Assembly (NCBI GenBank): GCA_046350815.1
Contig: JAXLZO010000001.1
Span: 1,230,001 to 1,262,000 of the forward strand
Source: Candidatus Saccharimonadota bacterium
GTDB lineage: Bacteria > Patescibacteriota > Gracilibacteria > BD1-5 > UBA2023
Length of the DNA stretch: 32,000 nucleotides
Direction: 5' to 3'
The notes beneath the pieces are model-generated. The model searched no databases. It was not told where the DNA came from and saw only the letters and a list, made by a program, of their open reading frames with translations. Every line of letters begins with the position of its first letter. The first letter of the stretch is position 1. Positions 11,433-21,066 of this stretch are shown here, piece by piece. The translations under genes were made by a program, and so were the position numbers.

Positions 11433-12851
11433 CTATCGTGGTTTCTTTGTATCGTATTTCTTGATCTGCCATTCTCTCGGTACTCGTGCAACGAGTATTC
11501 ACTTATCCTCTCGAGCAATACCGAGATTCACACCATGTTCCGTCTTGAGAAGTGCAAGATCACTCTCTCATACTAAAGGAGCAGACAGATCAGGCATAAG
11601 ACGATCTGTATATATTTCCTCACCCATCAGCCACGCGATCGTATCAGTTTCTGAGAGAATATAAGTCTTCATTGGCTTATAGATATCATCGCGCCCAGAA
11701 GTATAGAGGACCTCTCCCCCGCCTTCTTGCTTTCGAGCGATGCTCGCACCACAACGGATAAAACTTACACTATCAAGAATCCTCTTCATATCTCCAGAAT
11801 AACTCGTTGCAAGGAGGGTATTTGCATGCTCCATATATTGCATGCCCGAGCGAATGGCAGGTACTAATCTCTCAAAAGCATGGCTCAATGATCGTATGGG
11901 TGAAATATGAGTCGATGGTTTGAGTGATCGATCTCAGTTTTCACCGAGAGATTTTGTTTTCTTGAGAACTGCAACGAAGAATCAACCATTGTCACCTTTA
12001 TGCGGCCAAGATCGTTCCTGAGAAAGCACTTCGAAAGTTCCAGGAAAAAGATCTGCCACCTCCTGAAGCACTCACTCATTCTCAAAACGATTGAGAGTAC
12101 AAGTCGAGTAGACAAGAGTTCCACCTACTTTCAAAGTTGTAAGCGCAGCAACCAAAAGTTTAGACTGAAGTCGTGCGAGTGTTTTGACAGATTTGAGTCT
12201 CCAATATTGAAGTGCGCTTGGATTCTTGAAGACGGTACCCTCTCACGAACATGGAGCATCAAGAAGCACATGATCAAAGAACTCTGGAAGAGAAGAATAT
12301 GTGAGACCATTATACGGAGTAATACCGATGCGGAGATTCCCCATTCGCTCGGTATTTTCGATGAGCTGTGGCAGCCGATCTTTTGATGGCTCATTCGCGA
12401 TAATAAAAGAATTTGGAAATGTTTCTGAGAGTTGAGTCGTCTTGCCACCTGGAGATGCAGACATATCAAGAATCACGCTTGGAGAGGCAAGTTCTTCAGG
12501 AGAAAGCGTCTTTTCAAAAGCCTGAACCGAAAAAGATGCAGCAAGCTCCTGAATATAGAAATACCCCGAAAGATGCTCTGGGGTGGATCCAAGTGCTAAT
12601 CTCATATCTATTCGATCAATTCGATAGACACGAGGGTTGGCTGTGGGAGTGAGACTCCATTTTTTCTTCTTAGCAAGCTTTTCAAAATCAACAAGAGAAA
12701 TACGATTTGTATTGATACGGATCGTCTTGGGGAGTGGTTTTTTGAGAGCGCTTACAAATTGCTCAAGTTCGCTTGGGTCCTTGAAAAATTCCTCACCGAA
12801 ATACGAGAGGAATTCTGGGGAAATAAGCGATGTGTTCTGAGGAGATGACAT
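11433..12851 (-). CDS. rsmF: rRNA cytosine-C5 methyltransferase, RsmB/RsmF (NOL1/NOP2/Sun) family
   Basis: Recognisable blocks are ILDMSASPGGKTTQL, DHVLLDAPCS-G-EGT (TGA at 12243-12245 on the DAPCSG Gly) and GGTLVYSTCTLN. Track ORFs 12243..12851 and 11568..11888 share a frame. It is 472 aa and ends in TAG at 11433. Confidence 0.85.
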
Positions 12852-12853
12852 AA

Positions 12854-13300
12854 TTATTCGCTACGGTTGAGAGAGTGTATCGATCCGAGAAGCTTGTTTT
12901 CAATGACTTGTACGGCACGTGGCGTCATATCATCAGGCATATCTACTTCCGTAAAAAACCGAATCTCCTCAAATGTTTTTGTGTCGCCGATGACAGGAGC
13001 CCCAGCATAAGTATCAACAAGAATTCCAACACTATACGAAAAACCCGTAGATTCAATAGGATCTGCAAAAGAAAGTATGGAGAATTTCTTGAGATCGAGA
13101 GCAAGTGTTTCTTGTGCGATTCGCTTGGCTCCTGCTGCAATTGATTCAGCATTTTGAAGAGTTCCACTTGGGAGATCCCATGCTTCAGATACAATTTCTG
13201 GGTGTTTTTTTCGAAGCATCAAAAATGAATCAGCACGAGTAACAAAGAGAACGATTTCAAGAGTATTCGCGAAGCTAATAGGTTTTGTGAGTTTTGACAT
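12854..13300 (-). CDS. NUDIX-fold protein with a degenerate Nudix box
   Basis: The block WDLPSGTLQNAESIAAGAKRIAQETLAL follows the G-x5-E-x7-R spacing, but the REUxEE core is degraded to RIAQET. The start was chosen at MSKLTKP (13298-13300). Its stop lies 2 nt upstream of the rsmF-like ATG. Confidence 0.55.
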   Translation of the reverse strand: MSKLTKPISFANTLEIVLFVTRADSFLMLRKKHPEIVSEAWDLPSGTLQNAESIAAGAKRIAQETLALDLKKFSILSFADPIESTGFSYSVGILVDTYAGAPVIGDTKTFEEIRFFTEVDMPDDMTPRAVQVIENKLLGSIHSLNRSE

Positions 13301-13443
13301 AATCAAGAAGAAAAAGAGCGTGCAAAAAATTTCCAAAAATGGCTCTTGATTATAGCAAAATGAGCGTTTCTCGCAATTGTTTTTCAAAAACTTTGCAATT
13401 CATGGAAAAATATATAATGCTCTCGTATTTATTATTTCAATAT

Positions 13444-14379
13444 ATGGAAGGGTTTATGAATGAAATTATGCAGAGTCTTGCGCACGGTTGGCACGATCTC
13501 TTTACTCCTGCGGGATTTGCTATGCTCGTAAATGTCATCATGATTGATATCGTCATGAGTGCAGACAATGCTATACTCATCGGTCTTGCGACGCAAAAGC
13601 TCGCACAAAAAGACAAGAAAAAAGCAATTTTTTTTGGTATTGCATGAGCGACTGTCTTGCGTATTTTTCTTTCTATCATTGCTCTTCAGCTCCTTGCAGT
13701 CAAATGACTCGTACTCTTCGGTGGACTCCTCCTTGCCTATGTTGTCTTCAAATTCTACCAGGAACTCCGTGTTGGCACAGAAGAACATCATGACAGCGTC
13801 AAAACTCCAGCAACACTTGGTGCAGCACTCTGGACAATTATCATAGCAGATCTTTCTATGTCACTCGATAATGTACTTGGAGTTGCTGGGGCTGCTCATG
13901 GCAATTTTCTCGTACTCGTCATTGGTCTTTTTGTATCGATCATACTTATGGGATTTGCAGCCACTGCTATGGCAAACCTTCTAACAAAATATCCAGCTAT
14001 TAGTTGGATCGGTCTCATGATGATATTCTTCGTTGCTATGGAAATGATCCTCAAAGGAACCGGTGACATCAGCGGACTAACGTTTGGCGCAAACATCTTC
14101 CCAATGGTCTTCGGCATGCTCACCATTGCACTCTATATTCTTCAAGAACGTCTCACTCCACCAGCAGCACAGAAGAAGATTGAGTGATTCATATTCGCAA
14201 AAAGTCCGGTTATTATCTTTGCTCTCGTTGGGCTACTACTCGTAAATACATTCGCACATAATCTCACGGCACACTTCCTCAATGAACATCCTGCAATCAA
14301 TTATTCTCTCCTCTTCATACTCATATTCGCCAGTATCGAGACCATGCGAGTACTTATCAATACACGAAAAGTTCAATAA
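13444..14379 (+). CDS. TerC family integral membrane protein
   Basis: The duplicated block MSADNAILIG ... LSMSLDNVLGVAG is typical of TerC/YjbE. Track ORFs 13339..13647 and 13858..14187 share a frame. The frame reads through TGA at 14185 to TAA at 14377-14379, directly before a terminator. The start is uncertain (13402, 13444 or 13456). Confidence 0.8.
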
Positions 14380-14392
14380 CTTCACTTCATAG

Positions 14393-14420
14393 AAAAACTC
14401 ACCGATTCCGGTGAGTTTTT
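14393..14420. terminator. bidirectional intrinsic terminator
   Basis: The sequence aaaaactcaccg-attc-cggtgagttttt forms a 12-bp stem with a 4-nt loop. It lies between the TerC stop (14379) and the TMEM43-like stop (14423). Confidence 0.85.
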
Positions 14421-14422
14421 GA

Positions 14423-15634
14423 TTATAGCTGTGTGGGTGGAAGGTTGGAATTTGATGTTGTAGGTACATCAGTTGAAGTAAGTATTCGAGTATTTTCTCT
14501 CTGTTTCATACGAAGCACATAGATAATTCCTCAAGCAATAATGCCGACAATCGTCAGTATAAGTAAGGCGAGCAAAGGTCGATATACAAACCAAGCTGTA
14601 ATAACCACTCATCCACCGAGCACAACGGTCGCAAGAAAAGCCAGCAAGGATACTCCAAAGTTAACAACATGCCCAAGAAATGGCAAAAACATAGCGAGCA
14701 TTGGCAGAATCGAGAGAAACAAGCCAAATCCGAAGAAAATAAGAAAGAATCAGAGACCGCGAAATATCCACGTCATAAGAGTATTTTCTGATTCCATATC
14801 TGCAAACATCTCTTGTGCGCTCTTATTACCAGCTGATACACGAGTGATATCCGCATCAGAACTTGCAATATAGGTAGAGAGAGAATTTTGTGTTTGTTTT
14901 GCAAGAATGCTGAGTTTGAGAGGACTCTCGGCAACTTTATAAGTAACACGAAGGTCTCCTATAGTAGGACTATTTTGATTCGCGCCAACATAGAGCGTAT
15001 TTCCAGAAATGATTTCACCACTCTGCGTCATCATCCCATGAGATGCAAGATTGATAGGAGTAGTCGGATCAATCTTGCCAATCAATTCTGATGTGAGATT
15101 GTATTGGTCTATATTGACTTGGGTGGCATGCCACATCTGTGAATCATACTTCCAATCTTTTGGATTCTCATGACCAGTTGTAGTATTGAATGAGGAAGAA
15201 TTATGTTTATCAGAATCCCATACTTTTGAATACGTATAAGTCGTCGTCGTAGTTTCACTTCATCCGACATTATCATGTGACTCGGTATGCTTCTTCTCTT
15301 CCCACTGATACATCTCTACGTGACGATCGAGGACAATACCCGTAATACTCAGGCCAACTTCCGGATCACGAAGTATATCAGAGGTCGTCGCATCACCCAC
15401 AAGATGAACAAGTTTTCATTCATTTGTTGGATCGATAGAATTTTCTTGGATCTCCACAACAGACTTGCGTCCTTCATTCATACCGGCAATCATTCGAGCA
15501 TTGTTTCCTTCGTTCGTCCAGAGTAGTACAGAACCACCAATGATGAGAATTGGCCCAACAATAATTCCAGCAAGCGCTGATTTGATACGAGATCCCCAGG
15601 ATTTCGTAGTTGTAACGGTAGTAGTATCAGACAT
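14423..15634 (-). CDS. TMEM43 / DUF1625 family membrane protein
   Basis: The N-terminus SWGSRIKSALAGIIVGPILIIGGSVLLWTNEG matches the pattern I recall for bacterial TMEM43 homologues. A long extracytoplasmic middle region is followed by C-terminal TM helices. Track ORFs 15416..15634 and 14750..15136 share a frame. It ends in TAA at 14423. Confidence 0.7.
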
Positions 15635-15696
15635 AAAATGATCAAAAATATAATTACCTCTTAAGCGTAGCAGAACTCAGAAATATTGTCAAAAAT

Positions 15697-15726
15697 AAAA
15701 GCAGTAAAAATAGTTTTACTGCTTTT
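15697..15726 (-). terminator. intrinsic terminator of the DUF817/GIY-YIG transcription unit
   Basis: The sequence aaaagcagtaaaa-atag-ttttactgctttt forms a 13-bp stem. Its right arm overlaps the GIY-YIG stop codon. Confidence 0.75.
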
Positions 15727-15964
15727 GTATGATTTTTAGCTTTTCTCCCCTCTTCATCTTCTTAATAATAATCTCTCGCTTGAGTGCCTCGGAGTGTGTA
15801 TATCATCCCTCGCTATGTACGAGAATACATGGTCTGCGAGAGTGAGTATACTTAGCACCGAGATTAGAGCTATTGTGCTCGATGAGGCGACGAACAATAT
15901 CGGTCGTGATACCAGTATAGAGCGTGTTATCCGCACAACGGAGGATATAGAGAGTATACGACAT
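15716..15964 (-). CDS. GIY-YIG nuclease family protein (UPF0213/YhbQ-like), 82 aa
   Basis: This gene is absent from the ORF track because TGA splits it below 60 aa. My translation is MSYTLYILRCADNTLYTGITTDIVRRLIEHNSSNLGAKYTHSRRPCILVHSEG-G-YTHSEALKREIIIKKMKR, which contains the GIY-YIG hallmarks. Confidence 0.85.
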
Positions 15965-15965
15965 A

Positions 15966-16754
15966 TTAGATACTTTTTGGCTTATGAATGAGGCTCACGA
16001 GAACAAAGCTGAGAATGATCAGCAAAAACCATGCAAGTATCTTCTGAGGACTCACGAGTGTCCATGAGATTGATTGATTCGGATAGATCCATACATTCAT
16101 AGCAGTTGCGATATTCTCAGCAAACCAGATAAATATTGCTACCAAGCCAAATCACAATACCAAATTCATCGAATAAGGAGTTTTGCGTGGAGTAAAATAG
16201 ATCCTTGTTCTTCAAAAAAGGAATAATACTCATAAGACCAAAAAATATCGAACATCAGCAATAAAATGATGCGTGAAAAAATTCACATAAATTCCGAGTG
16301 CGAGAGCTACAGACCAAGATATGTTCGGATAGTTCACAAATCGAAAATCAAATATCCTCCATACACGAGCAAGATAACTCCCGACAGCGCTATACATAAA
16401 TCCAGCAAACAGTGGAACACCTAAGATCCCAATCACAAACGGCTCAGGATACGACCAAGAAGCAATCGATGGAAGGGTCTTGAATATCTCCATACAGAGT
16501 GCAACGAGATGAAATATCCCAATAACTATCACCTCTCTCCATTGTTCAAGCTTGAGAGCAAGGAGTGCTATCTGAAAACCGAGAGCCAATAGAAGTAAAG
16601 CATCATATCGATAGAGAAAATCTATTGGGTAGAAGAATTTAGTGATGATAAAGCAGAAAAGCAGAAACCCTCAAAAAATACATGCATATCCTTGCTTCCA
16701 GACGAATGCGGTGAATTCTTTGAGGATAAAAGAAAGTCTCGATGATATGGCCAT
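15966..16754 (-). CDS. DUF817 family membrane protein
   Basis: The block [46 protein letters not shown] matches my recollection of DUF817. Extending through TGA on both sides of track ORF 16230..16589 gives ATG at 16752-16754 and TAA at 15966-15968. Confidence 0.75.
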
Positions 16755-16836
16755 AAAATAGAGTAATATTCTTTTTATGAGCAAAATAGTTCCCCTTGGG
16801 ATAGATTCAAATTCATTACGACGATATAATATGTAC

Positions 16837-17649
16837 CTATGTTTTTATTCCAATATTTTTTTGGATATTCTCAAAATTTGCAAGATAGACCTCCATTCGT
16901 TTTTTTGCATCAGGTAGCAAAACTTTATCCTGTTGTTTTTCTAACTCATTAATACCCATCTTGAGATTCACAATGGATGATTCTATCTGAATAGCTATCA
17001 TATCCGTCACATCTTGCAGTGTTTGATGGATTATTGGAATGAGACGTTGTATCACATCAGGAAGATACTCCATACTCTCTGGTGTAAGGTCATCAGCATG
17101 ATCACAAAGTGCTATTGTATGTCAGTAGAGCCACTCTGTATCATCCATAAGTGATGATATCTGGGCGAAATCTTGTTCTGACACAATCGACTGAATACGA
17201 AAAAAATAGCCACGAAAAAATAATAACCAACTATATCAAGCATTGTGATCTATCATTTTATAAAGACTGTGCGTTATTATAAGCTTTATGACAACGACCA
17301 CAAATTTGATAATGATAACAATATATATAACTAAAAATGCAAGTATCGAATATTTGCCCGACTCTCCTAAAAATAACATAGGATAGTAAGTCTGTAGCAT
17401 AGCCCCACCAACTCCAAATAGTCATGGAAATGCAAAAGCCAAAATACCCCAATGCAGCACCGGAGCAAAAATAAATGACTTAATGATTTGAGCGAAATCT
17501 TTTTGATTCTGACGAAGTAAGAGTGGATACTTACTAAATATCGATTCTACCATCTCCAATCTCTCTTGATACTTTTGATTCAATACTCATTGAATTGACA
17601 ATCATTTGAAATTATTATTTATTTCATTTTGATTATATATTTTTTGCAT
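16837..17649 (-). CDS. hypothetical membrane protein with a helical / coiled-coil C-terminal half
   Basis: One frame is open from ATG at 17647-17649 (alternative ATG at 17551-17553) to TAG at 16837-16839 when 6 TGA downstream of the ATG are read as Gly. Two predicted TM helices (FAPVLHWGILAFAFPGLFGVGG and ILAFLVIYIVIIIKFVVVVI) precede the region covered by track ORF 16837..17073. No family was recognised. Confidence 0.5.
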
Positions 17650-17670
17650 AAAGTTAAATATTTCCGAGTA

Positions 17671-17699
17671 ACCATAACATACTTATGAATATCATGCAA
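17671..17699 (-). promoter_or_regulatory. putative sigma70-like promoter for the 16837..17649 gene
   Basis: On the minus strand the elements are TTGCAT, a 17-nt spacer, then TATGGT, ending about 22 nt upstream of the ATG at 17649. This is pattern-only evidence, and promoter consensus in this lineage is not established. Confidence 0.3.
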
Positions 17700-17719
17700 G
17701 TATTCTAGATCAAGAAATT

Positions 17720-17754
17720 AAAAAAAATATCTCATAAAATGAGATATTTTTTTT
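17720..17754 (-). terminator. intrinsic terminator after the ABC-F gene
   Basis: The sequence aaaaaaatatctcat-aaa-atgagatattttttt forms a 15-bp AT-rich stem that abuts the ABC-F stop codon. Confidence 0.7.
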
Positions 17755-19216
17755 AATCCAAATCCAAATAGTCATCAATCCTTACCTGCCATACAAATTC
17801 ATCCACATGCGATACAAGTATCATCGCACCCTCATACTGATCAAGTGCCTGAGCAATGATAGGGATATGTCGGAAATTGATATGATTGGTTGGCTCATCG
17901 AGGATGAGGAGTCCTGGCTTGAGGAGAACAAGTCGCGCAAACGATACAAGACCTTTTTGTCCTTCGGAGAGATCACCGATACGAGACATGATGAGCTTGC
18001 TATCGATGAGAAACCCAGCTGCAGTCTTACGGATTACCTCTTCTTTGACGGGATCACCCGACGCCTTGAGTGCATCTGAGAGACATTGATGAACACTCTG
18101 GTTAAAATCAAGCGTAGAGAAATCCTGACGATAGTACCCCACTCGCACGGCAGAACTCATAAACATCTTCGGAGCCGTACCATTCGCGATCGACTCAAGA
18201 AGGGTAGATTTACCAATACCATTTGGCCCAGAGAGAAGAAGGTGACGATCTTTTCCAAGTGATACCTCGACAGTCTTTGGGGTAGGAGTATGGTTTTTAA
18301 TAATGTTTACTTCCTTAAGTGAAATAATCACTCCACCAATATCTTCTTGCATCGGGATCGTGAATTCGCGAATAGTCTTATCTTCACGACGAACATCTAC
18401 CATAGACTCTTCGAGTTCTTCTGCTTTTTCGCGCATCTTCTTTGCCACAAGACGAAGTTTTCAACCCTTATGAGCGAAGACATTTGCTTGCTCTTTGTTT
18501 GCGATTGCTTCTTTTTCAAGGCGTGCATTCGCACGATTTTCCTTCTCAATCTGTGCAGCAATATCCTCTACTACTTTGTGATAATTCCCCATGTAGGTCT
18601 CCACCTTTTTGGTAAACACATCGAGATAGTAGACTCCATCCGTAAAGGCATTGAGAAATTCTGCATCATGGGAAATAACTACCACTGTTTTTTTGTATGA
18701 TTTGAGAAAATCTGTCAGATGCTCAATACCAGCTGTATCAAGATTGTTGGTCGGCTCATCGAGGAGAAGAACATCTGGATCCTGAACAATGGCAGCAGCA
18801 AGGAGGAGTCGTGCCTGTTGTCCTCCAGAAAATGACTTTACAACACGATCAAGTGGCGCAGAGAAATTCACCGCCTGAAGTGCCTTATTGATATCACGAT
18901 CCACATTATGAGCCTCTTTATCAGGGTGGTATTTGCGAAAATACTCTTGAAGAGTCAACTCTCTATCCTCATGAGGCATGACCTGACGAGCGATGGCAAT
19001 AGTCGCACCAGCCTCGCGATTTACTCGACCCTTAAATGGAACAAGCTCTCAAAGAATGAGCTTGAACATGGTTGATTTTCCAGCACCATTTTGCCCCATC
19101 ACAGTCATCTTTGCACCATCTCTCAGAGAGAAGCTTACATTCTCCATGAGGAGACGATCTTCACTATGACCAAAATAAACATCCTCGAATCTCAAGACTG
19201 AATTCCCACTCGACAT
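17753..19216 (-). CDS. ABC-F family ATPase (translation factor / ribosome-protection type), 487 aa
   Basis: It has two ABC cassettes and no TM domain. Cassette one has GQNGAGKST, FSGGQQARLLLA and LLLDEPTNNLD. Cassette two has GPNGIGKST, LSEGQKGLV and LILDEPTNHI. A charged linker joins them. Three same-frame pieces are joined across TGA, for example KLIL-G-ELVP. Confidence 0.9.
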
Positions 19217-19330
19217 AACAAACAAATCAAAAATAATGCGCGGATTATATTGAAAAATAGGGAAAATGGAAGAATTTTGACAAAATTATGTATCTATGTA
19301 TTTTATATACAAGAATTCTCATCTACAAAA

Positions 19331-19836
19331 ATGAAGAGCCAAAGAAGAAATTGATTCGATCTCGATGATACACTCATTGAATTTACTCCAGCATTTTTGA
19401 AGTTCTATAACGAAAAATACGGAACAAATCATGAGAAAAGAGAATTTCATAATTATCGATTCTGGGAGATTCTTGGTGGTACACGAGAGCGTATGACCGA
19501 GATCATACTCGAATATCATGAAACATGATTTTGCAAAAAATGTAGAAATCATCGATGGTATATATGAAGTGATTCAATCGCTCTATGAACGTGGTGAAGA
19601 CAACTATATTATCACATCGAGACCTGAATATATGGAACCCCATACTCAGGCAATCATCGAAAAACTCTTTGGTAAGAATATCAAGGATATATATTTCGAC
19701 AACCATTTTTCCATGCGTGGAACACCAAAAAAAGAAATCATAAATATGCGCATATTTATGAATAGATCGTATAGCCGAAGATTCTCTTGAATATACAGAA
19801 GATTGTACACAAGTTGTCCAAAAAATTCTTCTCTAA
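19331..19836 (+). pseudogene. HAD-superfamily hydrolase (NT5C / 5'(3')-deoxyribonucleotidase-like) interrupted by two +1 frameshifts
   Basis: The sensible protein sequence is spread over three frames. Frame one (19331-19522) reads MKSQRRN-G-FDLDDTLIEF...ILEYHE, which carries the DxDxT motif. Frame two (19524-19742) reads HDFAKNVEIIDGIYEVIQSLYERGEDNYIITSRPE...TPKKEII. Frame three (19744-19836) reads ICAYL-G-IDRIAEDSLEYTEDCTQVVQKILL*. Each switch needs one A to be skipped (about 19523 and 19743). Confidence 0.6.
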
Positions 19837-19859
19837 AAAAGCTCACGAAATTCGTGAGC
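19835..19859 (-). terminator. intrinsic terminator at the end of the surface-protein transcription unit
   Basis: On the minus strand the sequence is GCTCACG-AATTT-CGTGAGC followed by TTTTTT. It starts 18 nt after the TGA at 19877-19879. Confidence 0.75.
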
Positions 19860-19876
19860 AAAGTGGTATAGCTGTA

Positions 19877-20212
19877 TCAAATATGAGTAATATCAAGTTT
19901 CATTTTACGAGTACAATTTAGCAGTATGGTGAGTGCTAAATCTGCCTGAGATGACTCTTGTTTTTTCTTCTGCTCAAATTCGATACGAACTGTGAGTTTT
20001 TTACAATTTGCTTTAAAATCATCTCCTTTTGTAATGATATTAAGGTATTGTAAAACGATAACATAGAATGAATGTTGAATATCTTCCGGGACAGTCTTGT
20101 ACAGTTCTTGCGGACTTGCAAGCTCTGACTTAAAAAACGACTCAAGGTATCCATCAAAACATCTACGTTGGATCTCAAGATCTTCATAACCCATAGCAAG
20201 TGGCATATTCAT
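19877..20212 (-). CDS. hypothetical protein (111 aa up to UGA; the true 3' end is ambiguous)
   Basis: The ATG at 20210-20212 is preceded by AAGGAG with an 8-nt spacer, the clearest Shine-Dalgarno-like site I noticed among the start regions I inspected. There is no internal TGA. The frame ends only in TGA at 19877. Under table 25 it would read on to TAG at 19604-19606, through the terminator and antisense to the HAD gene. Confidence 0.5.
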   Translation of the reverse strand: MNMPLAMGYEDLEIQRRCFDGYLESFFKSELASPQELYKTVPEDIQHSFYVIVLQYLNIITKGDDFKANCKKLTVRIEFEQKKKQESSQADLALTILLNCTRKMKLDITHI

Positions 20213-20342
20213 TGGTCTGACTCCTTGTTTCAAAAACCAAACACATTCATCATATAAAATTTTATATTTTTACAAGAAGAATGCATTTCTGAGCAAAATA
20301 AGATCCCGATCAAATAAACTGAATTTTCTACAAAAATAAATC

Positions 20343-21062
20343 CTAATTATTTCCTCGTTCTATTTTGTTTACCTCTAATGAAAGAGTCATACTTTTTCCA
20401 GCAAGAGGATGTCAAGTAGGATAAGACACGGTAACATACTCTCATTCGATTTTATCAATGCGAATTTTTCATCCATTCCACTCCCCTTCAGATCAAACCT
20501 TCAAGACAGGGTCACGAAAAGGTGAGAGTGGATTTGAGATTCGGAGAGTAGCTTTTCCATCTTTTATTTTCATAACAAGCACATCAAATCAGTTTTTCGT
20601 CCCACGAGATCAGACACGAATTTTTTCATCAGAAAAAGTATAAGCACTTCCGCTCGCATTCAAAGATTCAAGAGAGACAGCCTCAGATATACTTGGGAGT
20701 ATCTGACTCAAACGCAGTATCTTTGTTTCGCGAACATCACCATATAATTTATCTGGTGAGAGTTTTATCTCTCTTTTTTCTCACTCTTTCATTCCGATAA
20801 GTGATTCATGAAGTCCAATAAATGGAAGTGATCAACTTCAAACGATGATAGTTTCTGTAAGGAGCTCTCATGTTTTTCACTCTTCAGATAGGGAATATGT
20901 AGTCAAAACTTGATCTCATGAATGAACTTTTGCAGGAATGTTTTCAGAGATAGTGACACTATCACGCTGATAGTAAGTCTGCCTATATACCATGAACATC
21001 CCTAGTAAAACGATCACAAAGATACATATGAGACTGATAACGGTGATCTTCTTTGTATTCAT
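20343..21062 (-). CDS. membrane-anchored FKBP-type peptidyl-prolyl isomerase (SlyD/FkpA-like), 239 aa
   Basis: The N-terminal anchor is MNTKKITVISLICIFVIVLLGMFMV. FKBP core blocks are IIV-G-S-G-SLPFIGLHESLIGMKE-G-EKREIKLSPDKLYG and the C-terminal -G-HPLAGKSMTLSLEV. I walked it codon by codon and found 12 in-frame TGA and no TAA or TAG until TAG at 20343. The ATG is 4 nt after the upstream gene's stop. Confidence 0.8.
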
Positions 21063-21066
21063 AGAA

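Noticed and set aside
13301-13443. A yybP-ykoY (Mn2+) riboswitch upstream of the TerC-family gene, as is often found in other bacteria.
   Set aside because: I could not find the conserved GGGGAGUAG-type core or the four-helix arrangement in the 140-nt leader. A covariance-model scan (Rfam RF00080) would be the decisive test.
17258-17452. Track ORF of 64 aa on the minus strand.
   Set aside because: It is off-frame relative to the continuous table-25 reading frame at 16837..17649, which spans the same DNA and gives clean TM helices.
19319-19861. Three minus-strand ORFs (19319..19552, 19503..19706, 19646..19861).
   Set aside because: They are antisense to the HAD-like gene and are Phe/Ile/Leu-rich with no motif. 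ORF 19646..19861 is only the read-through continuation discussed under the 19877 finding.
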